A stretch of 60,126 bases of DNA, the filler included, from Basidiobolus meristosporus CBS 931.73 (taxonomy: Eukaryota; Fungi; Basidiobolomycota): NCBI GenBank assembly GCA_002104905.1. It is 3 parts of 3 records of this genome, joined end to end, with 100 filler letters (N's around TTAATTAATTAA, not from the genome) between each part and the next. Parts side by side here need not be neighbours in the genome. Positions count along the whole stretch, not along the records: positions 1 to 19,243 come from MCFE01001039.1; positions 19,344 to 44,042 come from MCFE01000943.1; 1 more part is not named here. One strand, written 5' to 3'. Positions 11,652-23,978 of the stretch are shown here, in pieces. Positions within the stretch are counted from its first letter, which is position 1. Each line of letters starts with the position of its first letter. The position numbers and the translations under genes were made by a program. The notes under the pieces were generated by a model, which saw nothing but the letters and a program-made list of their open reading frames with translations, had not been told where the DNA came from and did not search any database.

Positions 11652-13989
11652 ATGAGTTCAGCCCCCTTGAAAACGTCAGTTTGGTTTGATTTGGTTGCTC
11701 ACCAAGCGCTTACTAATGCTTCCCCAATAGAATCGTAGTTGGCTCTGTCCACGGGAAGATCAAGCAGCTTTTCAGTAAGATCGAGTTGATCAACAAGAAG
11801 AATGGACCGTTCGACATTCTGCTCTGCGCGGGGGATTTCTTCGGGAACGACCAGGAAGATCTGGAGGATCTGGTTCAGGACAAGATCAACGGTTTGAATA
11901 GCCTTTTCTCGGAAGTTGAGTGTTGACAATGGGATTTCTAAACCCGGAGCTTTCTTTTCCTCCTCAGTCCCGGTGACTACCTACTTTATCTCGGGCGCCA
12001 ACAGTATTCCCGAGATTGTTCAGAATAAGATTGACCGAAACCACGGCGAGGTCTGCCCCAACTTGTTCTACCTAGGTAAGTGATTTAATACTGGTCTGTG
12101 GCTGTAGCTCCGATTGACCTCCATTTTCCTCACTTGCTTCACTCAGGAAAAGCCGGGATCCTAAAGACCTCTCAGGGATTGAGCATCGCATACATCAGTG
12201 GCGCTTACTCGCAGCATCTGGATGAGCCGGAACAAGCAGTATGTATTCCGATTAGATAAGTACTTGGCTCGAGACAACGCTAAATGCCATTCAAAGGACA
12301 ATGCCCTGCCACCTCACAATACTACAGCACCACTGATGTTGAGGGCCTGATGAAGGCAACACAACAAGGGGGCTTTGACGGAGTAGATGTCCTGCTAACA
12401 TACGAATGGCCTGAAGGCTTGATGCATCATTCCAGCTTAACACCCAGCCAACAGATTACCTCCGGTTCACCCAACATCGCCAAAATCGCCACCGCCTTGA
12501 AACCTAGATATCACTTTGCGACACAGGAAAAGATTTTCTTCGAAAGAGAGCCATACAAAAACGAAATCCACGCGAAAGACGACTCCGTCGCGCAAAGGGC
12601 CACCCGCTTCATTGGGTTAGGCGAGATGGGGAATACATTGAAGACGAGGGTAACGTGACCGTCCTCTCCAGCCGCCCTTAGCGTGTGTCTAACCCATTTC
12701 CTGTAGTGGTTCTACGCCATGAACGTCGTCCCCGCTGTAAACCTTTCGTTTGATGTGTTGACCGTAGTACCACCCAACTCTACCGAGTGCCCGTATTCGA
12801 AACACGCCACGCAGGGAAAGAAGAGGAGCCACGCCAACATGAGCCAGGTAAAAGAGATAGTGACCGCCCATACTTTGCGTTTCCGACACTAATATTAGAA
12901 TCCAGTCCGGCAACTATTTCTGGGAAAACAGTGCCGAGGTCAACAAGCAAGCCCGCACCCTTCCTCCCAATTACGTGTGCAATAAATGCAACCAGCCAGG
13001 CCATCATATACGTGACTGCCCAACCAAGGTTGAGAGCACCTCGCAAGTTCCCCCAGATGACTATGTTTGCAAGATCTGTCAAGTCCCTGGACACTGGATT
13101 CGTGATTGCCCGAAGAAAGCGGAGGAAGACAGCAGTCGAAGAGGTGGTGAGAAAGGTAGGGCGCTAGAAACCCTTGCTCTAAGAATGCGCGCTGACTATG
13201 CATCATTGATCAGATCCCTGCTGGTTCTGTTTGTCCAACCCCAAGATTGCCAAGCATTTAATCGTTAGCATCGGCTCGGAGCTCTACGTGACCCTGGCCA
13301 AAGGAGGATTAATCGACACCAACGACGAGGACATTGGGCTGATCCCCGGCGGTGGACATGCTTTGCTAATCCCCATCGGACACTATGCCTCTTTCAACCG
13401 AATCAACCCTGAGGCTTATGATGGCATCATGTCGGAGCTTGAAAAGTACAAGAAAGCCCTGAAGGAGCTGTACGCAAAGTATGACTGCGAGATGGTGTCC
13501 TTTGAGATTTCTAGAGAGGGTCGCTTCAACCACGCACATGTTCAGGTAACTGAAGGAAAACACGACCCCTACTTTCCCTACCAAAGCCTAATTGTATTGC
13601 TAGGTGGTTCCAATTCCCAGACATCTGGTGGAGAATCTCGAGAATGCCTTCGTTCAAGAAGCAGACAACATGGGTATGATGCTCAGCGAACATGTTCCGG
13701 TAAGTCCGTCTTTCGTAAGGTTGTTTGCTACAGGTTTTGATCTGGTTGTTGCTAGGACCACCCGAATGCTCAATACTTCAAGGTAGAGCTCCCAAATGGC
13801 AAGATTCTGGCGCACGAGATCCTACCCAAGGCTCGATTCAATCTGCAATTCGGACGGATTGTGCTCTCTAGACTGCTGGGATACCCTGAGCGTGAGGATT
13901 GGAAAGCCTGTGCTAAGGGCGAGGATCAGGAGAAAGAGGATGCACAGGAATTCAAAGCAGTTTTCAAAGAATTTGACTTCACTTTGTGA
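11652..13989 (+). CDS. CWF19L1: CWF19-like protein 1 (Drn1-type: metallophosphoesterase-like N-terminus plus CwfJ C-terminal domains) with two CCHC knuckles; multi-exon
   Basis: IVVGSVHGK...INKKNGPFDILLCAGDFFG, GVDVLLTYEWP, LKPRYHF, FFEREPY, CWFCLSNP-type region, GHALLIPIGH, HAHVQV, NLQFGRIVLSRLLG...EDWKAC. Several GT-AG introns; not every internal exon boundary was verified. Confidence 0.92.
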
Positions 13990-14238
13990 ATTTTTCTAAA
14001 TACCAAGGGAGAGCTGCACTTTCCAGACACTCTTCTCATTCCGAATAGGCTTGTATAATTAGACGGTGATCCACATAGAGTCTACACACATTAAAATCCT
14101 CTCCATAGCATTATGCTTGATATTCTACTATTTTCGATGATGTTCATCAAATTATCAATATTTCTATGATCGAGTCCGTTTTTATGTTGGTATTTTTAAC
14201 CAGAAACCAACCCAATTTTCACATCGGCTTAACTCAGC

Positions 14239-16140
14239 ATGGAGGACTCCTCATCAATAGACAATACCTTGAAAAGCCTTTCTCTGAACGAGAGTGCTTC
14301 GGACCATGAAGAGCGTGCTTCTCATCTTAAGAAGGTGTTGCAGAATTTGCTGACCCCAGAAGCTGCCCAGGAAGTGGTGGATTCGGAGGAATTCCACGAC
14401 ATCCTTGTCGCCACCATCCAGGACACAGTTACAGCAGAGAAGGCACTTTCACTAATGATTTTCACCAAGGCCTATGAATTGCTCCCAGATAAAGAGAAGA
14501 TTCAAAAGATGGTCCGAGAGAACATCGATGATTGGTTGGATTCAACCAAATCCGAAGTGAAAGTCAGGGCTTATCGGCTGCTAGGGGTCGCTTTCCAAGT
14601 CAGCCCCGAGTTAGGCGGAGCTCTGTTCAACCGGGACGGATTCCTCGCCGAAATCATGGACTTGAGTGAGTTTGACTCGGAGAAGGTTCAGGAGTCGCTG
14701 GTTGAGATGCTTTCTTACGCCTGCACAGATAAGACTTGCCGCAACAATGTAGCCATTCACTGTGCGGATTTTCTGAAGCAGCTCCTTGTGTCTGGCGTCA
14801 GTCAAAAACTCAAGTCGTACAGTGCAGTTGTGCTATCCAAACTCCTGTTTGTGGACAAGAACCTGGCTGCCACTCTTCTCAAGGATAGCAAGTTGCTGCG
14901 GCTCTTCATCACCATAATCCTCGATGCCGAGATGGAAACCGTGCTGAAGACCAATGCGATTGAAGGGCTTTCTTATCTGACTTTACAGAAAGCCAAGTAC
15001 AAGCAAGAGATCGCGGAGAACCCTGCTCTGCTGAAGGCTCTAGGCGCCATGGCGAAGAAGGAAACTAACACCACGGTGCAGTATGGCGTGGCAGTAATCC
15101 TTACAAATCTCACCAACTACAAGCCGCGACTTTCCGAAGAGCAAAAGCAAATGATGAAGCTCAAGCGTTTGGCTAAGGAGAATGAAAAGCAGGAGCCGGA
15201 ACCCGAAAATGAAGAAGAGTTTGTGGAAAAGAGAATCCGCCAGGTCCTACAGTCAGACGGTATCTCGACTTTGGTAACCATCGCAAAAAACACCAGTCCA
15301 AACATCCGTCAGCTAGTAGCCCAGGTGTTTTTGAACATTGCCACGAAGCCAGAAAACCGCGGCCTCATCGTCCAGGGGGGTGGTGTGAGGGTCCTACTAT
15401 CCATTGGAAATTCCAATGAGAAACAGGCCAGTGCGATAGCGTCCCACGCATTGGCGAAGATTGCCATCACTATGGACCCCACCGTGGCGTTTCGAGACAA
15501 CCAGATCTACGAGCTTGTCCGCCTGTTCGTTCAACAGTGCAAAGGAGAAAGCCAGCTTGGCCAGTTCGAGTCACTCTTGGCTCTGACAAATATCACCAGC
15601 ATCAGTGAACAGGTCCGAGAAAGGGTAGTCAAAGCCAACGGGATGGAGGAATTTGAGAACCTCATGTTTTCCGACCACGAGATGGTTCGTAGAGCAGCAA
15701 CCGAAACAATGTGCAACATGATGATGTGCCAGTCTGTCTACGAGGTGTACTGCTCCAAGGGCAGTGAAAACAAGAGGAAGGTCCTTTTGGCGCTCTCGGA
15801 TGTTGAGGACTTTGCTACACGGCGCGCGGCCAGTGGCGCAATAGCCATTCTATCTAACGAGGGGGATGTGTGCCGCTGGCTGGCTGATGATTCACGTACC
15901 TTTGAGATCCTCTCCGACCTCATCAAGCCCAACGAGTCGCCTGAACTTCAGCATCGGGGTGTCGAATGTTTGAAGAACATCGCCAAAACAGACAAGGAGT
16001 GCGCGCAGAAGATGATAAAATCAAAGACCGACGTTGTAGCCCGGCTGAAACTCCTGGTCCAAGCTTCCAAAGTCCAACCAATTGTAATGACCGCCGTGGA
16101 AGCCTTGAAGGCCATTAATGCATACGGCTTGTCCCTGTAG
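14239..16140 (+). CDS. SHE4: UCS-domain myosin chaperone (She4/Cro1/Rng3, UNC-45 family), single exon
   Basis: 633-aa ORF with ARM-like repeats and UCS motifs AIEGLSYLT, RGLIVQGGGVRVLL, ASHALAKIAITMDP, FESLLALTNITS, MVRRAATETMCNM, ELQHRGVECLKN. No TPR domain (fungal type). Confidence 0.95.
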   Translation: MEDSSSIDNTLKSLSLNESASDHEERASHLKKVLQNLLTPEAAQEVVDSEEFHDILVATIQDTVTAEKALSLMIFTKAYELLPDKEKIQKMVRENIDDWLDSTKSEVKVRAYRLLGVAFQVSPELGGALFNRDGFLAEIMDLSEFDSEKVQESLVEMLSYACTDKTCRNNVAIHCADFLKQLLVSGVSQKLKSYSAVVLSKLLFVDKNLAATLLKDSKLLRLFITIILDAEMETVLKTNAIEGLSYLTLQKAKYKQEIAENPALLKALGAMAKKETNTTVQYGVAVILTNLTNYKPRLSEEQKQMMKLKRLAKENEKQEPEPENEEEFVEKRIRQVLQSDGISTLVTIAKNTSPNIRQLVAQVFLNIATKPENRGLIVQGGGVRVLLSIGNSNEKQASAIASHALAKIAITMDPTVAFRDNQIYELVRLFVQQCKGESQLGQFESLLALTNITSISEQVRERVVKANGMEEFENLMFSDHEMVRRAATETMCNMMMCQSVYEVYCSKGSENKRKVLLALSDVEDFATRRAASGAIAILSNEGDVCRWLADDSRTFEILSDLIKPNESPELQHRGVECLKNIAKTDKECAQKMIKSKTDVVARLKLLVQASKVQPIVMTAVEALKAINAYGLSL

Positions 16141-16573
16141 AACCCCTCTCCCGTTTCCTAGGATTCGTAGTTCACACCTGGCTGAGATGGAGTCGATCGC
16201 GTCACCTGGATGACCAGACGATCTGGCGTTGCACCTATCTACCTATACCGATATCCCCGAATGCCATGATGTCATCCAGCATTAAGCCAAAACCTCAGCA
16301 TCAAGTAAATAATAAATATCCAGCTCATGGAAATTAAGGGGCAAAAAGATTTTCTAAACCATGGGAATTTTAATTCCAAGGACCCACACTGACGCCCTTT
16401 TTTTAAAAAATTGATTTCTTTCCTGGTGACATAAATTCGTGGTACCTTCGTAAATAGTGAAATTTTCGTCGCTTCTTTCCATTACTTAGTAGTCTTTTTT
16501 TTTACGTGGAGCTTGATAGATCGGAAAGTTAAATATCCCCTTTTAATCTAATACAGCCGCGAGACTTCATAAG

Positions 16574-19243
16574 ATGGCGGATCAGATCGCTAAGGCGTCT
16601 CAATATCAATACACACAGAATTCCAATCTTGTCCTTCAGGCGGACAGATCTGCCCTACCCAGAAGAGATCAAGAGCCTTCCGGCGAGCCTGAGACATTAC
16701 ACGGTAGAATCAACCCCAAAGAATTCGGGAGTCGCGCCGTTCGAGACACTGTCAAGTTTAAAGCAGAGAAGAAGAACACGCAGGATGAACACGTCATATT
16801 GGAGAAGCGAAAGAAGCGAAAAGAAGAAAGGTATGTGTTTTGCTGCTCTTCATCTTTCTGTGCATATACGAACTAGCGAATAACACTTTGCCATCTAGTT
16901 CATTGAAGAGTGCATATGGTTTTAATAACGTCCTTTCAGCGACCGACGACTTTGAAGGTCTTGAATATAGACCCCGTACCAAAGAAACAAGGGCAGTATA
17001 CGAGCTTATTTTGGCCTTTGTTAGTCAGAATCTTGGAGATCAACCACATGATGTTATTCGAAGTGCTGCGGATAGTGTGTTGGAGATTCTGAAGTCAGAG
17101 AATATGAAAGATTTTGACAAAAAATCCGAAATCGAATATATTATCAACTCCATGACTTCAGAACGATTCGCACAACTAATCAGTCTTGGTAAAAGAATCA
17201 CCGACTTCAACCCGGACGGCGAGGCAGCCAACACAGGGGAAGATGGACGCCCTATAGAAACGATAGATGAAGAGCACGGAGTGGCCGTCGTGTTTGATGA
17301 AGACGAAGATGAGGAGGGCGAAGACAATTTGTATGAGATTAAAGACGATTCAGAAGAGGAGGAGGAGCGGGAAGAAGAGGTAGTCGCTAATGAAGACGCC
17401 ATGCAACTTGGTGATGACGGTGACGAGATTGTAGTCAGAGCCGAAGTTGATAAAAAGCAATCGTCAGAAGCCCAAAACGAACAAGTCTTGTATCCACACG
17501 AGATTGACGCTTTCTGGCTTCAACGTTTGGTAGCGACATACTATCCCGACTCACATACTGCGCAAGAAAAAACCGCCAGTGCACTATCTATACTATCCTC
17601 TGAAGCCGTCAATACTAGAGATTGTGAAAACGAACTGATGAATCTCTTCGATTATGAGCATTTTGAGCTGGTCAAAACCATCACAAAAAATAGGGATATG
17701 ATCGTTTGGTGTACTCGGTTGGCTAGAACCAGTGAAGAAGCAGAAAAAGCCAATATAGAGCAGGAAATGAGATCTAAAGGCCTTGACTGGATCCTGAAAA
17801 GCTTGGGCGGAGAGAGAGTGAGACGTAGTGCTACTCGTAAAGGTGTTGTCGAAGATGCCGACGCCATGGATGTAGACGAGAAGAAGCCTGATCACGCTTC
17901 CAGAGGACCTACAAAGGGCCTACTGGGTTGATACCCCGAGCTGCCCTTGACTTGGAGCTAATGTCATTCTCGCAAGGATCGCATTTGATGTCCAATAAGC
18001 GGTGTAAATTACCAGACGGCTCCTTCAAGCGCTCAAAGAAGGGATATGAAGAGATTCACGTTCCTGCACCAACTCCAAAACCTCTTGGCGAAGACGAGAA
18101 GTTGGTACCCATCAATACTCTGCCTGAGTGGTCACAAGTCGCATTCCCCGGCGCCACCTCTTTGAATAGAATCCAAAGCAAGTTGTATCCTACTGCTTTC
18201 GGTGAAGACGAGAATGTACTGCTCTGTGCTCCTACTGGTGCTGGTAAAACCAACGTTGCTATGTTGTGTGTTTTGCGCGAACTTTCCAAGTTTCGTGACG
18301 AGGCAACTGGTATCATTGACATTGATGCTTTCAAAATCATTTATATCGCTCCAATGAAGGCCTTAGTCCAAGAAATGGTTCTCAATTTCTCCAAGAGACT
18401 TGAGCCTTTTGGCGTCAAAGTAGCCGAACTAACTGGTGATCGCCAATTAACCAAGCAGCAAATTGCAGAAACTCAGATGATCGTCACCACCCCGGAGAAA
18501 TGGGACGTCATCACTCGTAAGGCACTGATAGAAGCTACACTAATCTGGTTAGCTTGGTTATCATTGATGAGATCCATTTGTTGCATGATGAGCGTGGACC
18601 TGTTCTGGAGAGTATTGTTGCTCGTGCGATCCGTAATATGGAGCAGACTCAAGAGATGGTTCGATTGGTTGGTCTTAGTGCGACATTGCCCAATTATACA
18701 GATGTTGCCGCATTCATGCGTGTTGACCCCAACAAAGGTTGTTCTACTTCGACAGTTCTTACCGTCCCTGCCTCTTAAGCAAGAGTTTATTGGGTTACCG
18801 AGAAGAAGGCTATTAAGCGTTTCCAGGTTATGAACGAGGTGACCTATGAAAAGGTCATGGATCAAGCCGGCAAGAACCAGATCCTTATTTTCGTCCACTC
18901 CCGTAAAGAGACGGCCAAAACAGCCAGAGCTATCCGTGATATGTGTATCGATAAAGACACCATTGGCCAATTCCTTCGTGAGGACTCCGCTACTAGAGAA
19001 ATTCTTCAATCCGAAGCCGAGACCGTCAAAGATGAGAACTTGAAAGATGTATTGCCATACGGATTTGCTATCCATCACGCTGGTATGAATCGTACTGATC
19101 GTGCATTAGTTGAGGATCTGTTCAGTGGTGGTCACGTTCAAGTTCTTGTTTCCACTGCCACACTTGCATGGGGTGTCAATTTACCCGCCCATACGGTTAT
19201 TATTAAGGGAACCCAGATCTACTCGCCCGAGAAGGGCCGTTGG
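16574..19243 (+). CDS. BRR2: U5 snRNP 200-kDa Ski2-like helicase, 5' portion, truncated at contig end; apparent frameshifts are probably sequencing errors
   Basis: [116 protein letters not shown]. Intron 16831-16898. Confidence 0.96.
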
Positions 19244-19343
19244 NNNNNNNNNNNNNNNNNNNNNNNNNNNNNNNNNNNNNNNNNNNNTTAATTAATTAAN
19301 NNNNNNNNNNNNNNNNNNNNNNNNNNNNNNNNNNNNNNNNNNN
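19244..19343. other. Artificial contig-joining spacer
   Basis: 44 N + TTAATTAATTAA (stops in all six frames) + 44 N = 100 bp; the same construct is at 44043-44142. Confidence 0.97.
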
Positions 19344-22300
19344 GTTAAGGAAGGTCCCAAGAGCATGTGTGCAAAGTTTGGGGCTGTTTGGACAACTTTG
19401 AGAATTTTCATGTTCTGGGTACCTGGTATTTGGTGAAAATATTGTAAGTAAATCCTGACAAGGAGTTTGGTCAGTACTCTCTAGGATTTGAAGGTAATGA
19501 TCTAAGTGACTAAGTTAGGTGAATATTTAGGTGGAATTAAAAGTTTTTACAACACTCACACTCAGATAAATGCTTATACTGACTGGTCCTAATTTTGACC
19601 TAAGATATTCAAACTTGTCTCTAGCTAATGGTTTGGTAGGTATGTCTGCAATCATTTCATCTGAAGGACAGTAAACTAAGCTAACTAAGTTATTCTCTAT
19701 AGCTTCACATATAAAATGATTGTTTAATATCTATGTGCTTAGCACTAGCATGAAAAGTTGGATTTCTACCTAATTGTCTACATTCTTGATTATCCTGAAA
19801 AAAAGTAATAGGCATTTTTTGACATAGGCCTAAATCTGCAAAGAGCTTTCTTAGCCATATTGCTTCTTTTGTAGCTTTGCAGGCTGCCATACATTCTGCC
19901 TCTGTGGTAGAAAGTGCTATGGTTGGCTACTTTCTTGAGTTCCATGAAATTGCTCCTTTACAGTAAAGAAAGGTGTATCCTGTGGTGGATTTTCTGTCTT
20001 CCATATTTTGTCCCCAATCTGCTTCAGATTATCCCACAAGATCCTGTTCTAAATCCTTATAAGTGTATCTTAAGCAGATATCTGCAGTCCTCTTTAGGTA
20101 TCTATAAATCCTCTTAACTATTGCAATATGATCAAATCCATAGTTCTGATTATTTTTGCTGACAACTCCAACTGTATACAAGATATCTGGATGTGTTCCA
20201 AGCATGATTTACATCAGACTGCTGACCATGGATTGATAAGGAAAGTCAGGGCTTTCAGATGGAACCAAGCTCTCTTGATTTGGTTAGGTTTTGACCAAGT
20301 TGAGGTTTGTCTCCATTGGGGTACCTGCTGGTTTACAGTCTCCCATTTGGTGCTTATTTAGTATATCTTAAATATACTTGGATTGGCTTAGGGTAATAGT
20401 CTGGGTACTTCTGTCTATGGAGAGCTTAATCCCTAAGTAGAATGATTACTTCTGGGATGTTCCTGGGCACTGATTCTGCCAGAACCACAGTTGTAGAGTC
20501 CTCTGGAGTGAAAAATTTTCCATTGTTTTGCTCTGATTCAATCCTGACAATTGGAGGACCTGAGAGCAATTTTGGTCATCATCTGGTGTCATCTTTTGTG
20601 AAAATTTTGAATTTTCATCAAACAACACATCTCTGGGCTTGATGAGCATCTTTGCTTTGATATTGCTGAGTCTGTATGCATTACTCCCATTGTGGTAACC
20701 CAGAAATATGCATCTTACACTTTTTGGCTCAAATCCCTACTGATTTCTGGGCAGTTTCTTGGCATATGCTGTATGTCCAAATATTCTTATGTGTTGTGCA
20801 CTTGGTCTGTACCCATACCATGCTTAAAATGGAGTTGAATCATGAAGTACTCTCTTATAACTCCTATTTTTAAGGTATAGAGCAGTGGAAACTAATTCCA
20901 CCCTAAAATCAAAGGATAATTTTTCATCATGGATCATAGATCTTGCCATATCAATTATTGATCTGTTTGCACTTTCTACTACTGCATTTTATGGTATGGA
21001 GTATGGTAGAGTAGTCTCTTGCTTTATCCCATGAATTTTGCAGAAGTGGATAAAGAGTTTTGGGGTATATTCTCCACCATTGTAAGAGCATATTTTCTTG
21101 ATTTTTTCACCAGTTTCTCTCTCCACTATGGCTTTAAACTACTCAAACTTAGAAAAAGTTTCTTTTTTTCACTCCATGGAGTAGATCCATGTGTATCTTG
21201 TATAATCATCAATCAAAGTGATTAAATACTTGATCTCACCTAAGTACAATTTTGCATAGGTCCACACAGATCTGAGTGAATTAGATCTAATTTTTTCTTG
21301 GTTTTGATTAACCCACAGCTCTTGAACAGCTGACAGGCTTGTTTCCCATATATGCAGGCTACACAATGCTCCAAGTCAGCTAGGGATCAATTTTTACTCC
21401 AGAAATTAGCTGATCTTTGATCATTTTGTGCAAATGATCAAAATTGATGTGCCCAAATCTTCTGTGCTTAAGCATTGGTGTTTCTTCATTTAAGTTACTT
21501 GTATTGGCTTCCAAATATGATGGAATATAAGTCAACTTGTATAGATTCTGATATCTGATACCCAAAGCAATATGGGCACCATTTTGATCAGTGATCTTGC
21601 ATCCAGAATAGTCAAAGCGGAAACTGAGTCCTTCTGCTGTGGCCTTGATTACAGATAGTAAGTTCTTGGCTAATTCTGGTACATAAAGCACTTCTTTAAA
21701 GGTCAGTGTATGGCTTCCTTCACTACTTCTTAGGTTTACCTGGATAGTGCCTTCTCCCACTGCATCAAGTGTTCAGTTATCACCCATGAAAACCTTCTTA
21801 ATTGGAATTTCTTGATATTAGGTAAAAAGTTCTTATTGGTGGGTAAAGTGTTGAGATGCTCCAAAGTCAATGTGCCATGTCTATGGATCCTTTTTTGTGG
21901 TCATATTCAGTGCAGGTATGAATAGTCTATCTTTGGTTATTGCAGCATTTCCATATTTAGGCTTCTTTGGCTGATTATCTCTCTTTTTGAGACTCCGGTG
22001 TTCCGGGGTGACTGTGACACCCACTGACAGATGTGCTCAGTCCCATGTTTTCTACTTCCCTATATCTCTACCACACTTGCTTTAGTTTTATCCCATTTGT
22101 CTTACCTGATCAGTACTATCCCATAAGCCAGTGGACTATCACACCTGCTTTCCTTATTGAATAAGTTATTGCTCACTTTAAGTAAGATTACTAACTATAA
22201 GTGCTTCTATAACAGACAAGCACCTGCGCCCATACCCATGACGCATAATAAACCTGTGTCACCATCACAACCATTTTCATACCATATATGGTAACCCTAT

Positions 22301-23978
22301 GTTACACAGGTTTCAGAGTACTAATTCCTGATTGGTTGGATGTGCTGTGCCTCTTAGAACCTTCCAGCACCTACTAGAACACTGTTAGGTCATTCTGATG
22401 TCATTAACATTTCTATTGATATCTGGAACCTTCCAGAACACCACAATTAGTAATTGCTTAGCCAGTAAGAAAAGTGTATAAGGGAGGCTATCCCTCAACA
22501 ATAAATCATCATCCCGTTTATCAGTATACCAACTTGTTGATTAGTGTGATTACTACTACCTACTGCTACCTGAACTTCCAACCCCAGACCACAGGACACT
22601 CCCAGGAAACTGCACTCACAGCCAACTGACCTTGGAGGCACTACTTGTGAGGAATACTCAGAGTAGGTATCTTTTATTATATTGGTGGAGTTTACAGTTA
22701 TTTTGACTTTGGAAGCTTTAGAACATTGTCATCCCAAAGGACGCTAACCCAGCACATACTACTGTCAAGATGCCAGCTAAGTTGGGGATTGTAGCTCAAT
22801 AGTTTTCCCTTGACAAGCTTGTGGCTTTATTCCCCATCACATTAGATTAGAGACAGAACCCAAGTATTCTAGCAAGCTTTTGCCAGAGGTTATTGCGCCC
22901 AGTAAACACCCCACACACAAAACACTTGAGAAGTGTTGGACATATCTCTCCCTTGGACTTATACACCACCACACTGGTCTGATGTATGTCCTTTCCTTTT
23001 GCAGTAGTTGCAAAATAGATTGCTGTTGCCATTGTAGGGTCTTGAGTACCTCCTTTGTTGGTTATCATTGCTTATTAAAGCATTTTCTTCTTCCTACTTA
23101 TTGGCCCCTGATTTTCTTAATTCTTCATTCAGGAGCCTTCCATATACAATATTTAAGGTCAAATCTTCAGTTCTGGACTCTTGAGCTGATACAAGGCCCT
23201 GAAACATGTCTGTCAGGCTATTCAGGATGGTAACCATCACATCCTCATCAGTAGTTGGTACACCCACAGATTCCATTTCATCTACCAGCAGGGTAATTCT
23301 GTTAATTAGATTTTTCATTACTTCTCCTGGCAGTATATTTCTAGTAATGAATTTTCATTTCAGATACACTTTCTTAGCAGCTGAGTATGATTGGTAGGTG
23401 TCTTCTAATGCCTTCCAGGCATTCTTTGCTGTTTTTGCCCTTGAGCATTGAATTAGCAATTTGTCCTTAGCATTAAGGCAAATCCTGTTAAAGGCACTTT
23501 GTTCTTTCTTCTGGTACTCTAAGGCTTCCTCTCCCATGTTTTTTGGAGGGCATTCTTCTCCCATGACAGTATCCCAAAGGCCTCTATCTTGTAGAAGCAA
23601 CTTCATCCTCATCTTCTACACTTGGTAGTTAGATCCATCCAACTTTTCAGCAGAGTGAAAAATTTCAGTAATATCAGTGGTAGACATTGCAGAGAGTGAC
23701 AGCTTGAGGCTCATAACCTGTTGCAAGAGTCTTGGAAATATTGGAAGTGCATGGGAGGACAAGTAGACAATGTGGTTTTCACTTATTGATCTATTGAATG
23801 TAAAAGTAGTATTTATATTTTTACATGGTTATGGCATAGCAAACATGTAGAATGGATTAAGGAAGACTCCAAGAACATGTGTGCCAAGTTTGGGGCTGTT
23901 TGGACAACTTTGAGAATTTTCATATCCTGGGTACCTGGTATTTTGGTGAAAATATTCTAAGTAAGTCCCAACAAGGAA
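19344..23978 (-). mobile_element. Degenerate Ty1/copia copy C2: partial 3' LTR 19344-19554, pol and gag fragments, PBS, partial 5' LTR 23719-23978
   Basis: RNaseH MAACKATKEAIWLRKL, integrase HSDLCGP-like and LIDDYTRYTWIY, GAG-pre RRFGHINF, gag LLLQDRGLWDTVMGE. PBS GGTTATGAGCC directly follows the LTR end ACA. A large RT deletion lies near 20435. Confidence 0.92.
21999..22973 (+). mobile_element. Solo LTR, family B (probably Ty3/gypsy), inserted in copia gag; 4-bp TSD CCGG/CTGG
   Basis: TGTTCCGGGG...CACCACCACA termini; TATA-like gtgtataagg and AATAAA near 22480-22505. Copia sequence resumes in register after the duplication. Confidence 0.88.

Noticed and set aside
14611-15932. Short antisense ORFs over SHE4, and similar ones over BRR2, GDPD, CDC50 and the GPI genes
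   Set aside because: Shadow ORFs of real coding strands with no independent motifs.
17925-18800. Multiple frameshifts in BRR2 suggesting a pseudogene or programmed frameshifting
   Set aside because: Most shifts are fixed by adding one base to a short homopolymer, they cluster near a contig end, and the protein is otherwise highly conserved and essential. Long-read consensus deletion errors are the simplest explanation.
11652-19243. CWF19L1 and BRR2 as a splicing gene cluster
   Set aside because: Only two genes, separated by an unrelated chaperone; compatible with chance unless synteny is conserved.
19288-19299. TTAATTAATTAA motif inside N runs (also 44087-44098)
   Set aside because: Identical 100-bp construct at both gaps; an artificial six-frame-stop linker. 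Adjacency across it is not biological.
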